Shown piece by piece: positions 51,973 to 61,802 of a DNA stretch of 64,000 bases (its first letter is position 1; the number at the start of each line of letters is the position of its first letter). The DNA comes from an uncultured bacterium (GTDB lineage: Bacteria > Schekmanbacteria > GWA2-38-11 > J061). The notes under the pieces were generated by a model. The model was not told the origin of the DNA and did no database searches. It saw nothing but the letters and a program-made list of their open reading frames with translations. The DNA lies in assembly GCA_964549305.1 (NCBI GenBank), contig CAZJVM010000001.1:32001-96000 (forward strand). The letters run 5' to 3'. Position numbers and translations under genes: made by a program.

Positions 51973-53601
51973 TTAAAGTTGAAATTCAGCTTCTGTAAAA
52001 TTACTTTTTACTTTATCCCACTTTATTTTTGAAGAGTCTTTTCGAAAAAATATCTGAATATCTTTGAAGTTATAAATTTTGTAGTCATCCTTTATAAAAG
52101 GATATGCTTCCTCACGTTTTCTCCATAATTGCGCAATTGCGTCAGGTTTCAACTTTCCTATGGAATAGGAATAGTCCCACTTGATATGCCCCGGATAGAA
52201 GAATGTGTATTTATTTTCTTTTACCGCCTGCCTCATCCTGATTCTTGATATTACATTGTCGTTTTTGCCGAGTATGTCAATGGCGTATCTTTGCGTAAAA
52301 TATGGCATCGCGCCTGCCCTTACAAAGGCGATTCTCGCGTCATCGGTTGTCGATTCCTTTAAAAGGAGAGATAACCCGATAGTGCGGGCATACTCTTCCG
52401 TATGAAGGGGTTTTTCAAGAAGAGTCCATTTCCTGAGAGCGTCGAAATTATTTATTCTGTTGAATTGTATCAGACAGATTGCGCAAATAAGAGTGAATAC
52501 TGCCAGTGAGAGAAGTTTCGGATACTTTTTTCCCCTGCCGAGAACAGAAAACAATTTATCGGTGATTTGGTAAAGGGCATATGAAAAAAGTATGAAGAAA
52601 AGGGGCATTACGATTGAGATATATCTGTTTGACCCTCCCCACCACTCCCAGGCATCACCACCGACGTAAACACTGTAGAGAATTTGGACTATAAAGAGAT
52701 AAAGAAGGAGAAATACCGCCTTGCTTCTGTTGAAGATGAGTGCGGCAAAAGGAAGAAGGAATAAAACCCATCCCATCCTCGATGCAAACTGCACCATCAT
52801 GAGAAATCCCCTTGAAATGCGAAGAAATACCGGATATCCGGTCATTTTGAGATAATAGGTATTGGGCAGGATGTCTCCGTAATAAAAATATCTGAAAAGC
52901 GTTTGTGATAAGAGACACAGTAAGACGACAATAATACCGCCAAGCAGAGTCTCTTTCCTTTTTTTCTTTTCAGTAAATGAAATAAATAAAATGGCCGCAA
53001 AATAGGGAACAACCATATCTATTCTCACGAAAGTGCCTATTGCCCCTATTATATGAAGGGGAAGTATGGAAGAGGCATTATTCAGTTGCCTGATTGCCGA
53101 CAGAGCAAGCAGTGATGTAATTAGAATGAGCACACTGACTTCCATTCCCTGAAGAGACCAATTGTTTATTGGAAGATAAAAAGCCGTGAATATGAGTGGC
53201 GCGAAAGGTGTTGCACTGTCTTCATCAGTGAAAGAAAGAGACAATTTCCGGATGATAAAGAGTGAAATAATTATAAATATAGCGCCGCTGATTTGTATTG
53301 GCAGACTAATCCTGGAAAGACCTATGGGAAGAAGATTAAACAGGGACATATAGATTACCCACAGAGGGTTTGTGTATCCTTCCACTCTCTCTCCACCGGG
53401 ATTCCAGACAAGACCTTCTCCATTGGCAAAATTTTGCGCGTATCGCATCGATATCATCGCGTCGTCAAAAAGACAGAAATATCTTTTCCCATTTATGATG
53501 TTGCTGCTGTTAAAAATAAAAAGGAAAGCATAAATGACGTATATGATTACTATTGCCACTAAAACTATTTGTGTCAGCGTGTTTTTATTGTTCATTTTCA
53601 A
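51973..53601 (-). CDS. GT-C-fold membrane glycosyltransferase (AftB-like DDAxIS family)
   Basis: DDAMISMRYAQN…GLVWNPGGERVEGYTNPLW, GME, PNTYYLK, GGDAW. Confidence 0.7.
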   Translation of the reverse strand: MKMNNKNTLTQIVLVAIVIIYVIYAFLFIFNSSNIINGKRYFCLFDDAMISMRYAQNFANGEGLVWNPGGERVEGYTNPLWVIYMSLFNLLPIGLSRISLPIQISGAIFIIISLFIIRKLSLSFTDEDSATPFAPLIFTAFYLPINNWSLQGMEVSVLILITSLLALSAIRQLNNASSILPLHIIGAIGTFVRIDMVVPYFAAILFISFTEKKKRKETLLGGIIVVLLCLLSQTLFRYFYYGDILPNTYYLKMTGYPVFLRISRGFLMMVQFASRMGWVLFLLPFAALIFNRSKAVFLLLYLFIVQILYSVYVGGDAWEWWGGSNRYISIVMPLFFILFSYALYQITDKLFSVLGRGKKYPKLLSLAVFTLICAICLIQFNRINNFDALRKWTLLEKPLHTEEYARTIGLSLLLKESTTDDARIAFVRAGAMPYFTQRYAIDILGKNDNVISRIRMRQAVKENKYTFFYPGHIKWDYSYSIGKLKPDAIAQLWRKREEAYPFIKDDYKIYNFKDIQIFFRKDSSKIKWDKVKSNFTEAEFQL

Positions 53602-53649
53602 TTATTCGGAAGAGAAAATTAAAAATATACAACGACAATTATACTTATG

Positions 53650-55035
53650 CTACTGCAGATATCCCAGGGATTTTAAGGACTCGACATCTTTTTTTGAAGG
53701 AGTAAGCTTGTTGGCGCCTTTTGACAAACCCCTTTCCCCCTGTTCTCTGATGGGAGATTTTTCAAGATAAGATTTGAGCTGTTTATAAGTTTCAGTTTTT
53801 TCTGTGCTGATATTGGATTTTTCACTTTTGTCGGACGAAATGTCGTATAACTCCCAGACCTCATTTGCAATGTCATAGATTAGTTTTTCTTTTCCAAGAA
53901 GAACACCGTTTTTAATTGAAAATTTTTGTTTTGCCCGTAAGTTTTTTTCCTCATTTAATGCAAAGGTAATCTGAAAAAAAACCGGGTTGTCCTTTACGAT
54001 TTCATTTTCTCCTTTTATCTTGCCTGACAACGATTTTCCGTTGAATACAGATTTGTCGTAACCGATATCCAGCAATTCGAGAATAGTGGGAACAATATCC
54101 GCTACTGAGACATTGCCTTTGATTTTTTTCGGCGTATATTCGTTTCCGGGGATATGAATCAGAAGGGGAACATGTACTAATTCTTCATAGAGATGGACAG
54201 TATGTCCCAACCAACCGTGCTCGTTGAATTCCTCACCGTGGTCTGCGGTTATCACTATAATGCTTTTATCAAAAAGATTTTCGTCTTTGAGATATTGTAT
54301 GAGAATACCTATGTTTTTGTCCGTAAAGCTGATTTCCTCATCATATAAATTTTTGAGGAAGGAAAGGTCTTCGTTGCTCATATTGTCCTTCCGGGAGCGA
54401 AGGTCCCATATGTCATCTCCCGCCTTTAACTCGCCCTCATATCCGGTGCTGTAATCAAAATCTTCATGATGCTCATAGGCATAGTGAGGGTCGAAATAAT
54501 GCAGCATCAGGAAAAAATCGTTTTTCTTGTTATTGTCAATCCATTTGACCGCGTTGCCTGTAACTTTATCTGATGATACTGTAGATTCATCACCCACGTT
54601 ATCTTCATTGTAGTAATCAAATCCCTGCGCATACCCTAACTTTGATTCAAGAAGTTTATGGCTTATGACAGCTCCCGTTTTATATCCTTCATCGCGCAAA
54701 AGCTCTGCCAATGTAATGTTGTCGGGGGAAAGAATGTCAAAAAGGTCACAGACATTATGGTAATAGGGGAGAAGTCCTGTGATTATAGACGCCACAGCCG
54801 GTTGAGTCCACGGTGCGGTCGTATAGGCATTCAGGAATTGAATTCCCCCTTTTGCGATTGAATCGATTGCGGGAGATGTATTCCTTTCGTAATCGTAACA
54901 GCTTAAATGGTCGGCGCGAAGGGTGTCTACAATTATTAATATGACATTGGGCTTTTCCGGCACATTCCCGCCATTACAGGAAAGGGTTAAAAGAAGGATA
55001 AATATGAAAAGGAATTTTATTTTCAAGTTCTTCAT
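53650..55035 (-). CDS. Sulfatase-like (alkaline phosphatase superfamily) lipoprotein
   Basis: Lipobox TLS|C; VDTLRADH, PWTQPAV, HYFDPH, ADHGE; ends LKSLGYLQ. Confidence 0.85.
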   Translation of the reverse strand: MKNLKIKFLFIFILLLTLSCNGGNVPEKPNVILIIVDTLRADHLSCYDYERNTSPAIDSIAKGGIQFLNAYTTAPWTQPAVASIITGLLPYYHNVCDLFDILSPDNITLAELLRDEGYKTGAVISHKLLESKLGYAQGFDYYNEDNVGDESTVSSDKVTGNAVKWIDNNKKNDFFLMLHYFDPHYAYEHHEDFDYSTGYEGELKAGDDIWDLRSRKDNMSNEDLSFLKNLYDEEISFTDKNIGILIQYLKDENLFDKSIIVITADHGEEFNEHGWLGHTVHLYEELVHVPLLIHIPGNEYTPKKIKGNVSVADIVPTILELLDIGYDKSVFNGKSLSGKIKGENEIVKDNPVFFQITFALNEEKNLRAKQKFSIKNGVLLGKEKLIYDIANEVWELYDISSDKSEKSNISTEKTETYKQLKSYLEKSPIREQGERGLSKGANKLTPSKKDVESLKSLGYLQ

Positions 55036-55214
55036 CTTTCGGGAAAATTACGGTTAAAAAGCGCCTGCCGCAATAAAATTATAAATCCTAATCGGGATTA
55101 TTTACAACATCTTTTTAAGATACCTGCTAAAGTCAAAGAGTCTTGGCAACTCAAGGAGATGAAATCGTCTTAAAAGGTAATGCTTCTGAGGAAAAGATAT
55201 TGATGAATTTTGTT

Positions 55215-56024
55215 TTATTCGGGATTGAATCCGCAAAATTCTTCGTAATCGATGAGCTTGTCTATTTTTTTCTCCTCTCCGCAAAGAGGGCATTTCGGGT
55301 CTTTTCTGATTTTTACTTCCCTGAAGTCCATTGAAAGGGCATCATACATTAACAGCCGTCCGACCAAAGACTCGCCGATATTCAAAATAAGCTTGATTGT
55401 CTCGATTGCCTGTATAACGCCGATTATTCCCGGCAACACTCCCAACACGCCTGCTTCCTGACAACTTGGCACCGCGCCCGGCGGCGGAGGTTCAGGGTAA
55501 AGACAGCGATAGCAGGGACCGTCATTGGGTTTGAATATTGTCGCCTGTCCCTCAAACCTGAAAATGCTTCCGTGAACATTCGGTATATTTTTAAAATAAC
55601 AGGCGTCATTGATTAAATACCTGGTGGGGAAATTGTCGGTGCCGTCCAAAACGACATCAAATCCGTCGATAATATCGAGTATGTTAGATGACGAAAGTCT
55701 CTCTTTGAATGGGATTACCTTTACGTCGCCGTTAAGGTCTTTTATGGTTTTTTCCGCAGAATCAACCTTATGTTTTCCTAATTCTGCAGTTGAATGTATA
55801 ATTTGCCTCTGAAGGTTGCTCAATTCCACCACATCTGAGTCGATGATTCCTATTGTTCCGATTCCTGCCGCGGCGAGGTAGTATATGGACGGTGAACCGA
55901 GACCGCCGGCTCCTACGACAAGGACCTTTGATTCGAGCATCTTCTGCTGGCCTTTGCCTCCGACTTCAGGCAATATTATATGCCTGCTGTACCTTTCTAT
56001 TTGTTCTTCAGAAAAATCCGCCAT
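55215..56024 (-). CDS. MoeB/ThiF-family sulfur-carrier adenylyltransferase
   Basis: ERYSRH, GAGGLG, SNLQRQ, TDNF, CYRC, SCQEAGVLG, CPLC; no rhodanese domain. Confidence 0.92.
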   Translation of the reverse strand: MADFSEEQIERYSRHIILPEVGGKGQQKMLESKVLVVGAGGLGSPSIYYLAAAGIGTIGIIDSDVVELSNLQRQIIHSTAELGKHKVDSAEKTIKDLNGDVKVIPFKERLSSSNILDIIDGFDVVLDGTDNFPTRYLINDACYFKNIPNVHGSIFRFEGQATIFKPNDGPCYRCLYPEPPPPGAVPSCQEAGVLGVLPGIIGVIQAIETIKLILNIGESLVGRLLMYDALSMDFREVKIRKDPKCPLCGEEKKIDKLIDYEEFCGFNPE

Positions 56025-56407
56025 TTAAAATACCTCTTTAATGAATTATCCGCCCTTTTTCTTTAAAAGAAAAGCTTTAAAAACACAGAGTCTCCTGTTT
56101 GTCAAGACAGCATTATGGTCTTTGAGCGGGCAAAGAGGGTAAATAAACAGACAACAAGCATTAATAAAATAATAATAACATTATAAAACAAAGACATAAA
56201 TGTTATTTATTAATGTTGCGAATTATGCAAGATTTTCAGTCAGTATGCTTTGAAGTCAGTGAAAAAATGCGTAAAAACAGGGCTTGATTTTTTTTAATCG
56301 CTTATCATATTGTATAATTTGGACTTTTTTGAATGACCTCAGGAGAGGGCAAAAATAGTATTGACAGAGTCTTTGCTAAGATATAAATAGTTTATACTGA
56401 TTTTAAG

Positions 56408-56665
56408 ATGACAGGGAAGGATATTAAAAAAATGGATGTAACTGCTACTATAGATATTACGAAGGACACTTGTCCGATAACTTTCGTAAAGACGAAATTA
56501 AAGCTTGAGACACTCAGTTCCGGAGATATTCTCGAGGTATTACTCAGAGAGGGAGAACCTGTGAAGAATGTTCCGAGAAGTGTTAAAGACGAGGGTCATA
56601 AGGTTTTATCGCTTGAACCTCAAAACGGCGGTGACGTTTACCGTCTTGTGATAGAGAAGAAGTAA
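56408..56665 (+). CDS. TusA/SirA-family sulfur carrier
   Basis: IDITKDTCPITFVKTKLKL, NVPRS, GHKVL. Confidence 0.88.
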   Translation: MTGKDIKKMDVTATIDITKDTCPITFVKTKLKLETLSSGDILEVLLREGEPVKNVPRSVKDEGHKVLSLEPQNGGDVYRLVIEKK

Positions 56666-56723
56666 CTGTCACATTTTTTAAAATCAATTACATTGGCTAT
56701 TCTCTCTCACCCGAGAGATTGGT

Positions 56724-56759
56724 AGGGGGCTTAAAGGACTTCGCAGCTTTAAGCCCCTT
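56724..56759 (+). terminator. Stem-loop downstream of the tusA-like gene, probable terminator
   Basis: GGGGCTTAAAG-N10-CTTTAAGCCCC followed by a T-rich run. Confidence 0.6.
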
Positions 56760-56943
56760 CCTTGTTTCTGCTTTGCCTTTGTATCGCGCCTACCTTTTGG
56801 AAAATAAATATCATCAGTTTTATCAATAACATATTTTCTTTAAACACTTTTTTATAAATAATATTGTTAAAAGTAATCTCTTTGCTATAATCAAAAAAAA
56901 TTGCTAATCAAAAAAATACAGTTTAATTGTCAAAAAAGGAGAA

Positions 56944-57495
56944 ATGATGGCGCGTATAAATATTCCAAAGGTTTCTGCACCTGAAAAGGCGATGTTTGAC
57001 AGAAAAGGGATAAACATTAAAACGGATTTAAGCTTAGATAATGTGGAGAAGGAGATAATAGACTACATCTCATCGAATAACGTTCTTCATCTTGCTACTT
57101 GCAAAGACAATAATCCGCGCTCCACACCTCTTGAATACCACAGCGAAGGAATGAATATTTATATTATCTCTGAAGGAGGAGGCAAGTTTGCGAATTTAAG
57201 GGAAAACCCGAAGGTTTCCCTTTCTATTGCATCGATTTATAAGCCACTGGAAGATTTTTTCAGTGCCAGAGGCGCCCAAATATGGGGTGAAGCGCAGGTC
57301 TGCACAAAAGAAACTAATCCCGAACTTTTTGAAGAAGGTATCAGGGTTATAAATCCTCTTGAAGTTTTAAAACAGCTTGGCATCACACAACTTCCGGAAA
57401 GTTTTAATTATAAATTGATTAAAATCATTCCCGAAAAGATTGCATATAACTATTTAAGAGGCGGTTACAGAATGGTAACCTGGTACAGAGACTAA
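56944..57495 (+). CDS. Pyridoxamine 5'-phosphate oxidase-like FMN-binding protein
   Basis: LATCKDNNPRSTP, KFANLRENPKVSL, GAQIWG. Confidence 0.8.
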   Translation: MMARINIPKVSAPEKAMFDRKGINIKTDLSLDNVEKEIIDYISSNNVLHLATCKDNNPRSTPLEYHSEGMNIYIISEGGGKFANLRENPKVSLSIASIYKPLEDFFSARGAQIWGEAQVCTKETNPELFEEGIRVINPLEVLKQLGITQLPESFNYKLIKIIPEKIAYNYLRGGYRMVTWYRD

Positions 57496-57498
57496 AAA

Positions 57499-58524
57499 AT
57501 GAAAACGAAATTCAATATTTGCTTATTTGTTTTGCTTTTTGTCCTGTTTTGTATTTTTTCTTCAGGCGCTAAAGCGAAAAAGAAAACGCTGCTGATTAAA
57601 AGTTCATCGTCAAATGTCAAGGTCGGCGGCAATCAGCAATTTAAAGCGAAGGTAAAACCTCCGGGGAAAACATTCAGTAAAGTCGAATGGAGCATCAGCG
57701 GGATATCAGGAATAGACAACGGTATAATCGATAACACAGGCGTTTATACTGCGCCGTCGTCAATTACTTATACAGGAGTTATAACTAATTCCGACGGCAC
57801 AAAAGAAGCAAAAGCTATTGATGTCAAAATTAAAGCCAAAAGCCTGAAATCAGGGGTTAAAAATGCAAGGAAGACAATTACAGTATACACACCTCCCGCA
57901 GTGATTGGTTTGGCTATAAATCCCTCAAAATTCGATATAGTTGTGGGGAAGAAAAAGAAACTTTCATTGAAGGTCAAGAAGAAGGGTAAGGGCGCCACAT
58001 CTGATGTAACGTGGCATCTCTTTGTTGACGGAAGCGAAGTGACTGACGGAAGCGCGGGAAAAATCAAAAAAACAGGAGGCAAGATTTTCTATAAAGCGCC
58101 TTCAAAGAAAAAAGATATAACGGTGTTTATAGTTGCAAGAAGTGAATTTGACCCAACAAAAATATCTTCAGCAAAAGCGGTTGTAACCAAGAAAAAGCCG
58201 AAACTTGTTATTTCCGGTATTTCTCCTGTGATAGATTTCGGCACGGTTCAAATCGGAGAAGATGTTACCGGAAGGGAAAGAACATTCTCAATAACAACAT
58301 CTACGGATGAAGGTGTTGAATGGCAGGTCAGTAATCTTCCCAGTTGGTTGACTCTGGAACCTTTGCGCGATAAAACTCCTTCGACAGTAGTTTTGCGAAT
58401 TTCCAGCACTACGAGTCTTAAACCGGGACCCAATCGGGGTACAGTTGTTTTTAAAAGCCAAAAGGGCGGATATAAAAAGGTAAAACTGAGGGCTTTTATC
58501 AATGCAACAGAGCCTTCCGCATAA
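57499..58524 (+). CDS. Secreted Lys-rich Ig-like repeat protein with BACON-like C-terminal domain
   Basis: Signal peptide AKA|K; QQFKA…VEWS…GIIDNTGVYTAP repeated as VTW…YKAP; WQV..LPSWLTL. Confidence 0.6.
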   Translation: MKTKFNICLFVLLFVLFCIFSSGAKAKKKTLLIKSSSSNVKVGGNQQFKAKVKPPGKTFSKVEWSISGISGIDNGIIDNTGVYTAPSSITYTGVITNSDGTKEAKAIDVKIKAKSLKSGVKNARKTITVYTPPAVIGLAINPSKFDIVVGKKKKLSLKVKKKGKGATSDVTWHLFVDGSEVTDGSAGKIKKTGGKIFYKAPSKKKDITVFIVARSEFDPTKISSAKAVVTKKKPKLVISGISPVIDFGTVQIGEDVTGRERTFSITTSTDEGVEWQVSNLPSWLTLEPLRDKTPSTVVLRISSTTSLKPGPNRGTVVFKSQKGGYKKVKLRAFINATEPSA

Positions 58525-58545
58525 TGGAAGGAGTCTTCAAGATTG

Positions 58546-59553
58546 CTATTCTTTTGATTTATCCGATTTGTGATTAAAAAATTCAGCAATAGTGCCCAAA
58601 AGGCGGTAAAACCTTAGGTTGTAAAAAAATCTTTTTTCGGCGTTGATAGAAAAAACAAGCCAGAAAGCCGGTTTTATGAATTTTTTGAACATCCATCTCG
58701 GTATTCCCCAGTAGCGCGCATATTCCTGTCTGTCGTAGTAACTGTGTTTCATTTTTGTAAATGACGCGCCTGACTTGAAATACCATTGCTTGATATATGC
58801 CTTTGATGAACGTGATTCAGGTACGAAGTGAGATACAATCGCTTTCGGGTAATAAAGAGCTTTTTCTCCCTCTGCAAGCATCCGCCAGATGAATTCGGTG
58901 TCTTCGTGAAGTCCTCCCGTTTTCAATGACGCGCCTGATACCCCCAAATCGATGCGAAAATTTCCGTATTTTTCAAAAGCGCTTCTTCTCAGCATCATGC
59001 AGGCGCCCATGGGGTTTTTTTGTGTTCGAACAGGATAGGGTTTTACTTCTTCTCCATAATCGTGGGAGGGAAAAACCGCCTGAATAATCGCGTAACTTCC
59101 CTCAAAAACAGCCCAGAGAGGCTTCTTTTTTTCCCATATAGGTATAACTTTGCCTCCCATAGCGATAAATTCCGGATATTCATGAACGAGTTTTTTTACC
59201 ATCGTCAACCATTGCTTATCCACGATTACGTCATCGTCTATGAAAGCGAGAATTTGTCCTCTCGCATTTTTAACGGATGTGTTTCTCGCAAAGGATAATC
59301 CCTGTTGAGTTTCCCGTATATATCGTACCTGAATCTTTTTGCTGTCGAGATATTTTTTGCAAACATCGGGAGTTTCATCAGTTGAATTATTGTCAACAAG
59401 AAGAAATTCACAGTCGGGAAAACTGCCTTCCTGAGAGAAAAAAGACTCGAGGAATTTTTTAAAGCTTTCCGCCCTGTTATAAGTGCATACTATTACACTT
59501 ACCGAAATACTGTCGTCGGAAGATTTATTGCCGTTAGATGTCTGCATCGTCAC
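58546..59553 (-). CDS. Glycosyltransferase family 2
   Basis: SVIVCTYNR, VDNNSTD, GLSFARN, FIDDD, HEDTE. Confidence 0.92.
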   Translation of the reverse strand: MTMQTSNGNKSSDDSISVSVIVCTYNRAESFKKFLESFFSQEGSFPDCEFLLVDNNSTDETPDVCKKYLDSKKIQVRYIRETQQGLSFARNTSVKNARGQILAFIDDDVIVDKQWLTMVKKLVHEYPEFIAMGGKVIPIWEKKKPLWAVFEGSYAIIQAVFPSHDYGEEVKPYPVRTQKNPMGACMMLRRSAFEKYGNFRIDLGVSGASLKTGGLHEDTEFIWRMLAEGEKALYYPKAIVSHFVPESRSSKAYIKQWYFKSGASFTKMKHSYYDRQEYARYWGIPRWMFKKFIKPAFWLVFSINAEKRFFYNLRFYRLLGTIAEFFNHKSDKSKE

Positions 59554-60349
59554 CGGGAGAGCTGAAAAGTTTGGGAGGTCTCACTATTTTAGTGCTGAAA
59601 TCAATAGTTTTGAAGACTGTCAGAAAAGCCCACAATGCCAATCCGGCTTTAAGCCCCAAAACAGGAGCCGAAAATATGGGAAATACGAGAAAAACCAAAG
59701 TATCTATTTCCACCGAAGAGTATCTTGCAAGCAGTCTGTGCCTGAATGCGAACATACCGATAGCGTTTCTCAATCCCTTGGGTTTCTTGTTGGATTTAAC
59801 AGCTTCTTTTTTTGCGTTGAGTTCCATTTCCCAGTCATACTCGATATTGTATTTTTCCAGTCTTATCCTGTTCGATTTTCCCCATATATTCCAAAGGGCA
59901 AACCAGAAAAAATGGAAGATAATATACACCAGACCCATAATCAGAATGTTGTAATCACCGTTTAAGCGAAACTGTCCGTATGCGATTCCCATTGTAACGA
60001 GAAGCATTCTGCCCTGGTCAAGAAGAAGTTCGAAAAAAGCGCCTCCCGGAGAGCTTTTTCCCGTAAGGCGGGCAAGTTTTCCGTCTATGCAGTCGCACCA
60101 GAAAGCAAGCTCGAAAAGAATTCCGCCTGCGATAAGATATGGCTGGACTCCCTGCAGAAAACAGATAAACGAAGCGATAGAAAGACACATTCCAAAGCCC
60201 GTAAAAAAAGAAGGCGATAGTTTGGTGTAATTTGCTGACAAATAAATCAGAGGTGTTACGAAAGGATCAACTCCGAAAACCGTCCAAAATGCGTCAACAT
60301 CCTTGTATGTCGATTTAACATCTTTATAGGAATATTTTATTTCAGCCAT
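59534..60349 (-). CDS. CDP-alcohol phosphotransferase family protein
   Basis: Signature DCIDGKLAR…S..G..FELLLD. Confidence 0.85.
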   Translation of the reverse strand: MAEIKYSYKDVKSTYKDVDAFWTVFGVDPFVTPLIYLSANYTKLSPSFFTGFGMCLSIASFICFLQGVQPYLIAGGILFELAFWCDCIDGKLARLTGKSSPGGAFFELLLDQGRMLLVTMGIAYGQFRLNGDYNILIMGLVYIIFHFFWFALWNIWGKSNRIRLEKYNIEYDWEMELNAKKEAVKSNKKPKGLRNAIGMFAFRHRLLARYSSVEIDTLVFLVFPIFSAPVLGLKAGLALWAFLTVFKTIDFSTKIVRPPKLFSSPGDDADI

Positions 60350-60350
60350 T

Positions 60351-61802
60351 TTAGTTCATATATCCAAGACTTTTAAGTGCTTCCAAGTCCTTTTGAGTAA
60401 TTTCAGGTTCGGGATTTTTGCTTTCCTTCTTTTCCAGCCATCCTAAAAACTTTCCAAATATGTTATCTTTTTCTTTTTCAATATTTTTAAGAAGAATAGA
60501 TTTTAATTTACTTTCTGTTTTGTCCATTGTGCTGCCCGCGAGATTCCTTTCTTCAGAATAATCTTTCCCTATGTTATATAATTCCTTACTTAAAATTTTG
60601 CCGTATTTATCAAATGAGAGAATGAATTTCCAGTCTTTGTTTCTGATTGCCTTGAAAGAATAAACATTTTTTGGAACGGTTTTTGGTTTGTACTGATTGA
60701 GCACCTCAGGGAAAAGATATTCTCTTGTGTATTTGTTCTTATTGGTCATAAGAGGCAAAAGTGATTCACCGTCGAGTTTGTTTGCCACCTTTATATTGAG
60801 AATGTCGAGAATAGTGGGTGTAATGTCGATAATTGCCACCTGATTCTTGTCATTGACTATGTTTTTTGGAATTTCAGCATCGAGATTAATCGCAAGGGGA
60901 ATCCTGAGGCAGGTATCATAAACTCGCCTTCCGTGCTCAAAATAATCATTATGCTCGCCGAGGCTTTCTCCGTGGTCTGCCGTAAAAATGATGAGATTTT
61001 TTCTTTTTGTGACATTTTTTTCGATTGCAGCAAGGAGTTTTCCCACATTTTCATCCATAAAGGCAATTTCTCCGTCGTAGAAATCGATGTACCGGTTAGC
61101 ATTGTGTATATTTTTGAGACGCTGATATGTGGATATAAGCTCTATGTCTATATTATTCTTTATTTTCGATTTGAACTTTTTATCATAAGGTTTTGGTGGT
61201 GTATAGGGGCCGTGAGGGTCTATAAAGTGAATCCATAGAAAGAATTTTTTTTCGCTGTTGTATCTAATCCATTTAATAGCGGGTTTTACAAGGTTGCTTG
61301 CGCTTCTTTCTCTTAAATTTCTGTTAAGTTCCTTTTCTTCGAGTTTTTCGTCATAGACATCAAACCCCTGATTAAGCCCAAGAAGCTTTGATTTCAGAAC
61401 AACATTACTTATAAATGCAGCAGTTGTATAGCCGTAAGAATGTAGAATTTCAGGCAGTGTTTTTATGTTTTTGCTGAGTTTGTCCTTTGCATTGCGCCTT
61501 ACCTTGTGGTGTGACGGATACAAACCCGTAAGCATAGATGTCATACTCGATGCCGTTTTCGGATAAACGGTGACTGCGTGCTTGAACACAATGGATTTTT
61601 TGAAAAACTCATCGATATTCGGGGTAGTTTCCCTTTCGTATCCGTATGCCGACATATGGTCGGGGCGAAGGGCGTCTATGCTTATAATTATTACATTGTA
61701 ATCATTCGCCGCCTTTTTATTTTCTTTTTTATCGGTACAGGCAAACTGGATAGCTACGAATATAAAAACGAATGCCAATAAGTATATTTTAAAATTCTTC
61801 AC
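60351..61802 (-). CDS. Sulfatase-like lipoprotein (GTG start overlapping the upstream TGA; ORF track 61892)
   Basis: Lipobox QFA|C; IDALRPDH, PKTASSM, HFIDPHGPY, ADHGE; ends LKSLGYMN. Confidence 0.85.
   Translation of the reverse strand: MKNFKIYLLAFVFIFVAIQFACTDKKENKKAANDYNVIIISIDALRPDHMSAYGYERETTPNIDEFFKKSIVFKHAVTVYPKTASSMTSMLTGLYPSHHKVRRNAKDKLSKNIKTLPEILHSYGYTTAAFISNVVLKSKLLGLNQGFDVYDEKLEEKELNRNLRERSASNLVKPAIKWIRYNSEKKFFLWIHFIDPHGPYTPPKPYDKKFKSKIKNNIDIELISTYQRLKNIHNANRYIDFYDGEIAFMDENVGKLLAAIEKNVTKRKNLIIFTADHGESLGEHNDYFEHGRRVYDTCLRIPLAINLDAEIPKNIVNDKNQVAIIDITPTILDILNIKVANKLDGESLLPLMTNKNKYTREYLFPEVLNQYKPKTVPKNVYSFKAIRNKDWKFILSFDKYGKILSKELYNIGKDYSEERNLAGSTMDKTESKLKSILLKNIEKEKDNIFGKFLGWLEKKESKNPEPEITQKDLEALKSLGYMN

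Noticed and set aside
55215-56024. ThiF/E1-like gene as part of an anti-phage or RiPP system
   Set aside because: Canonical MoeB-type sequence; no E2, JAB, cyclase or precursor nearby
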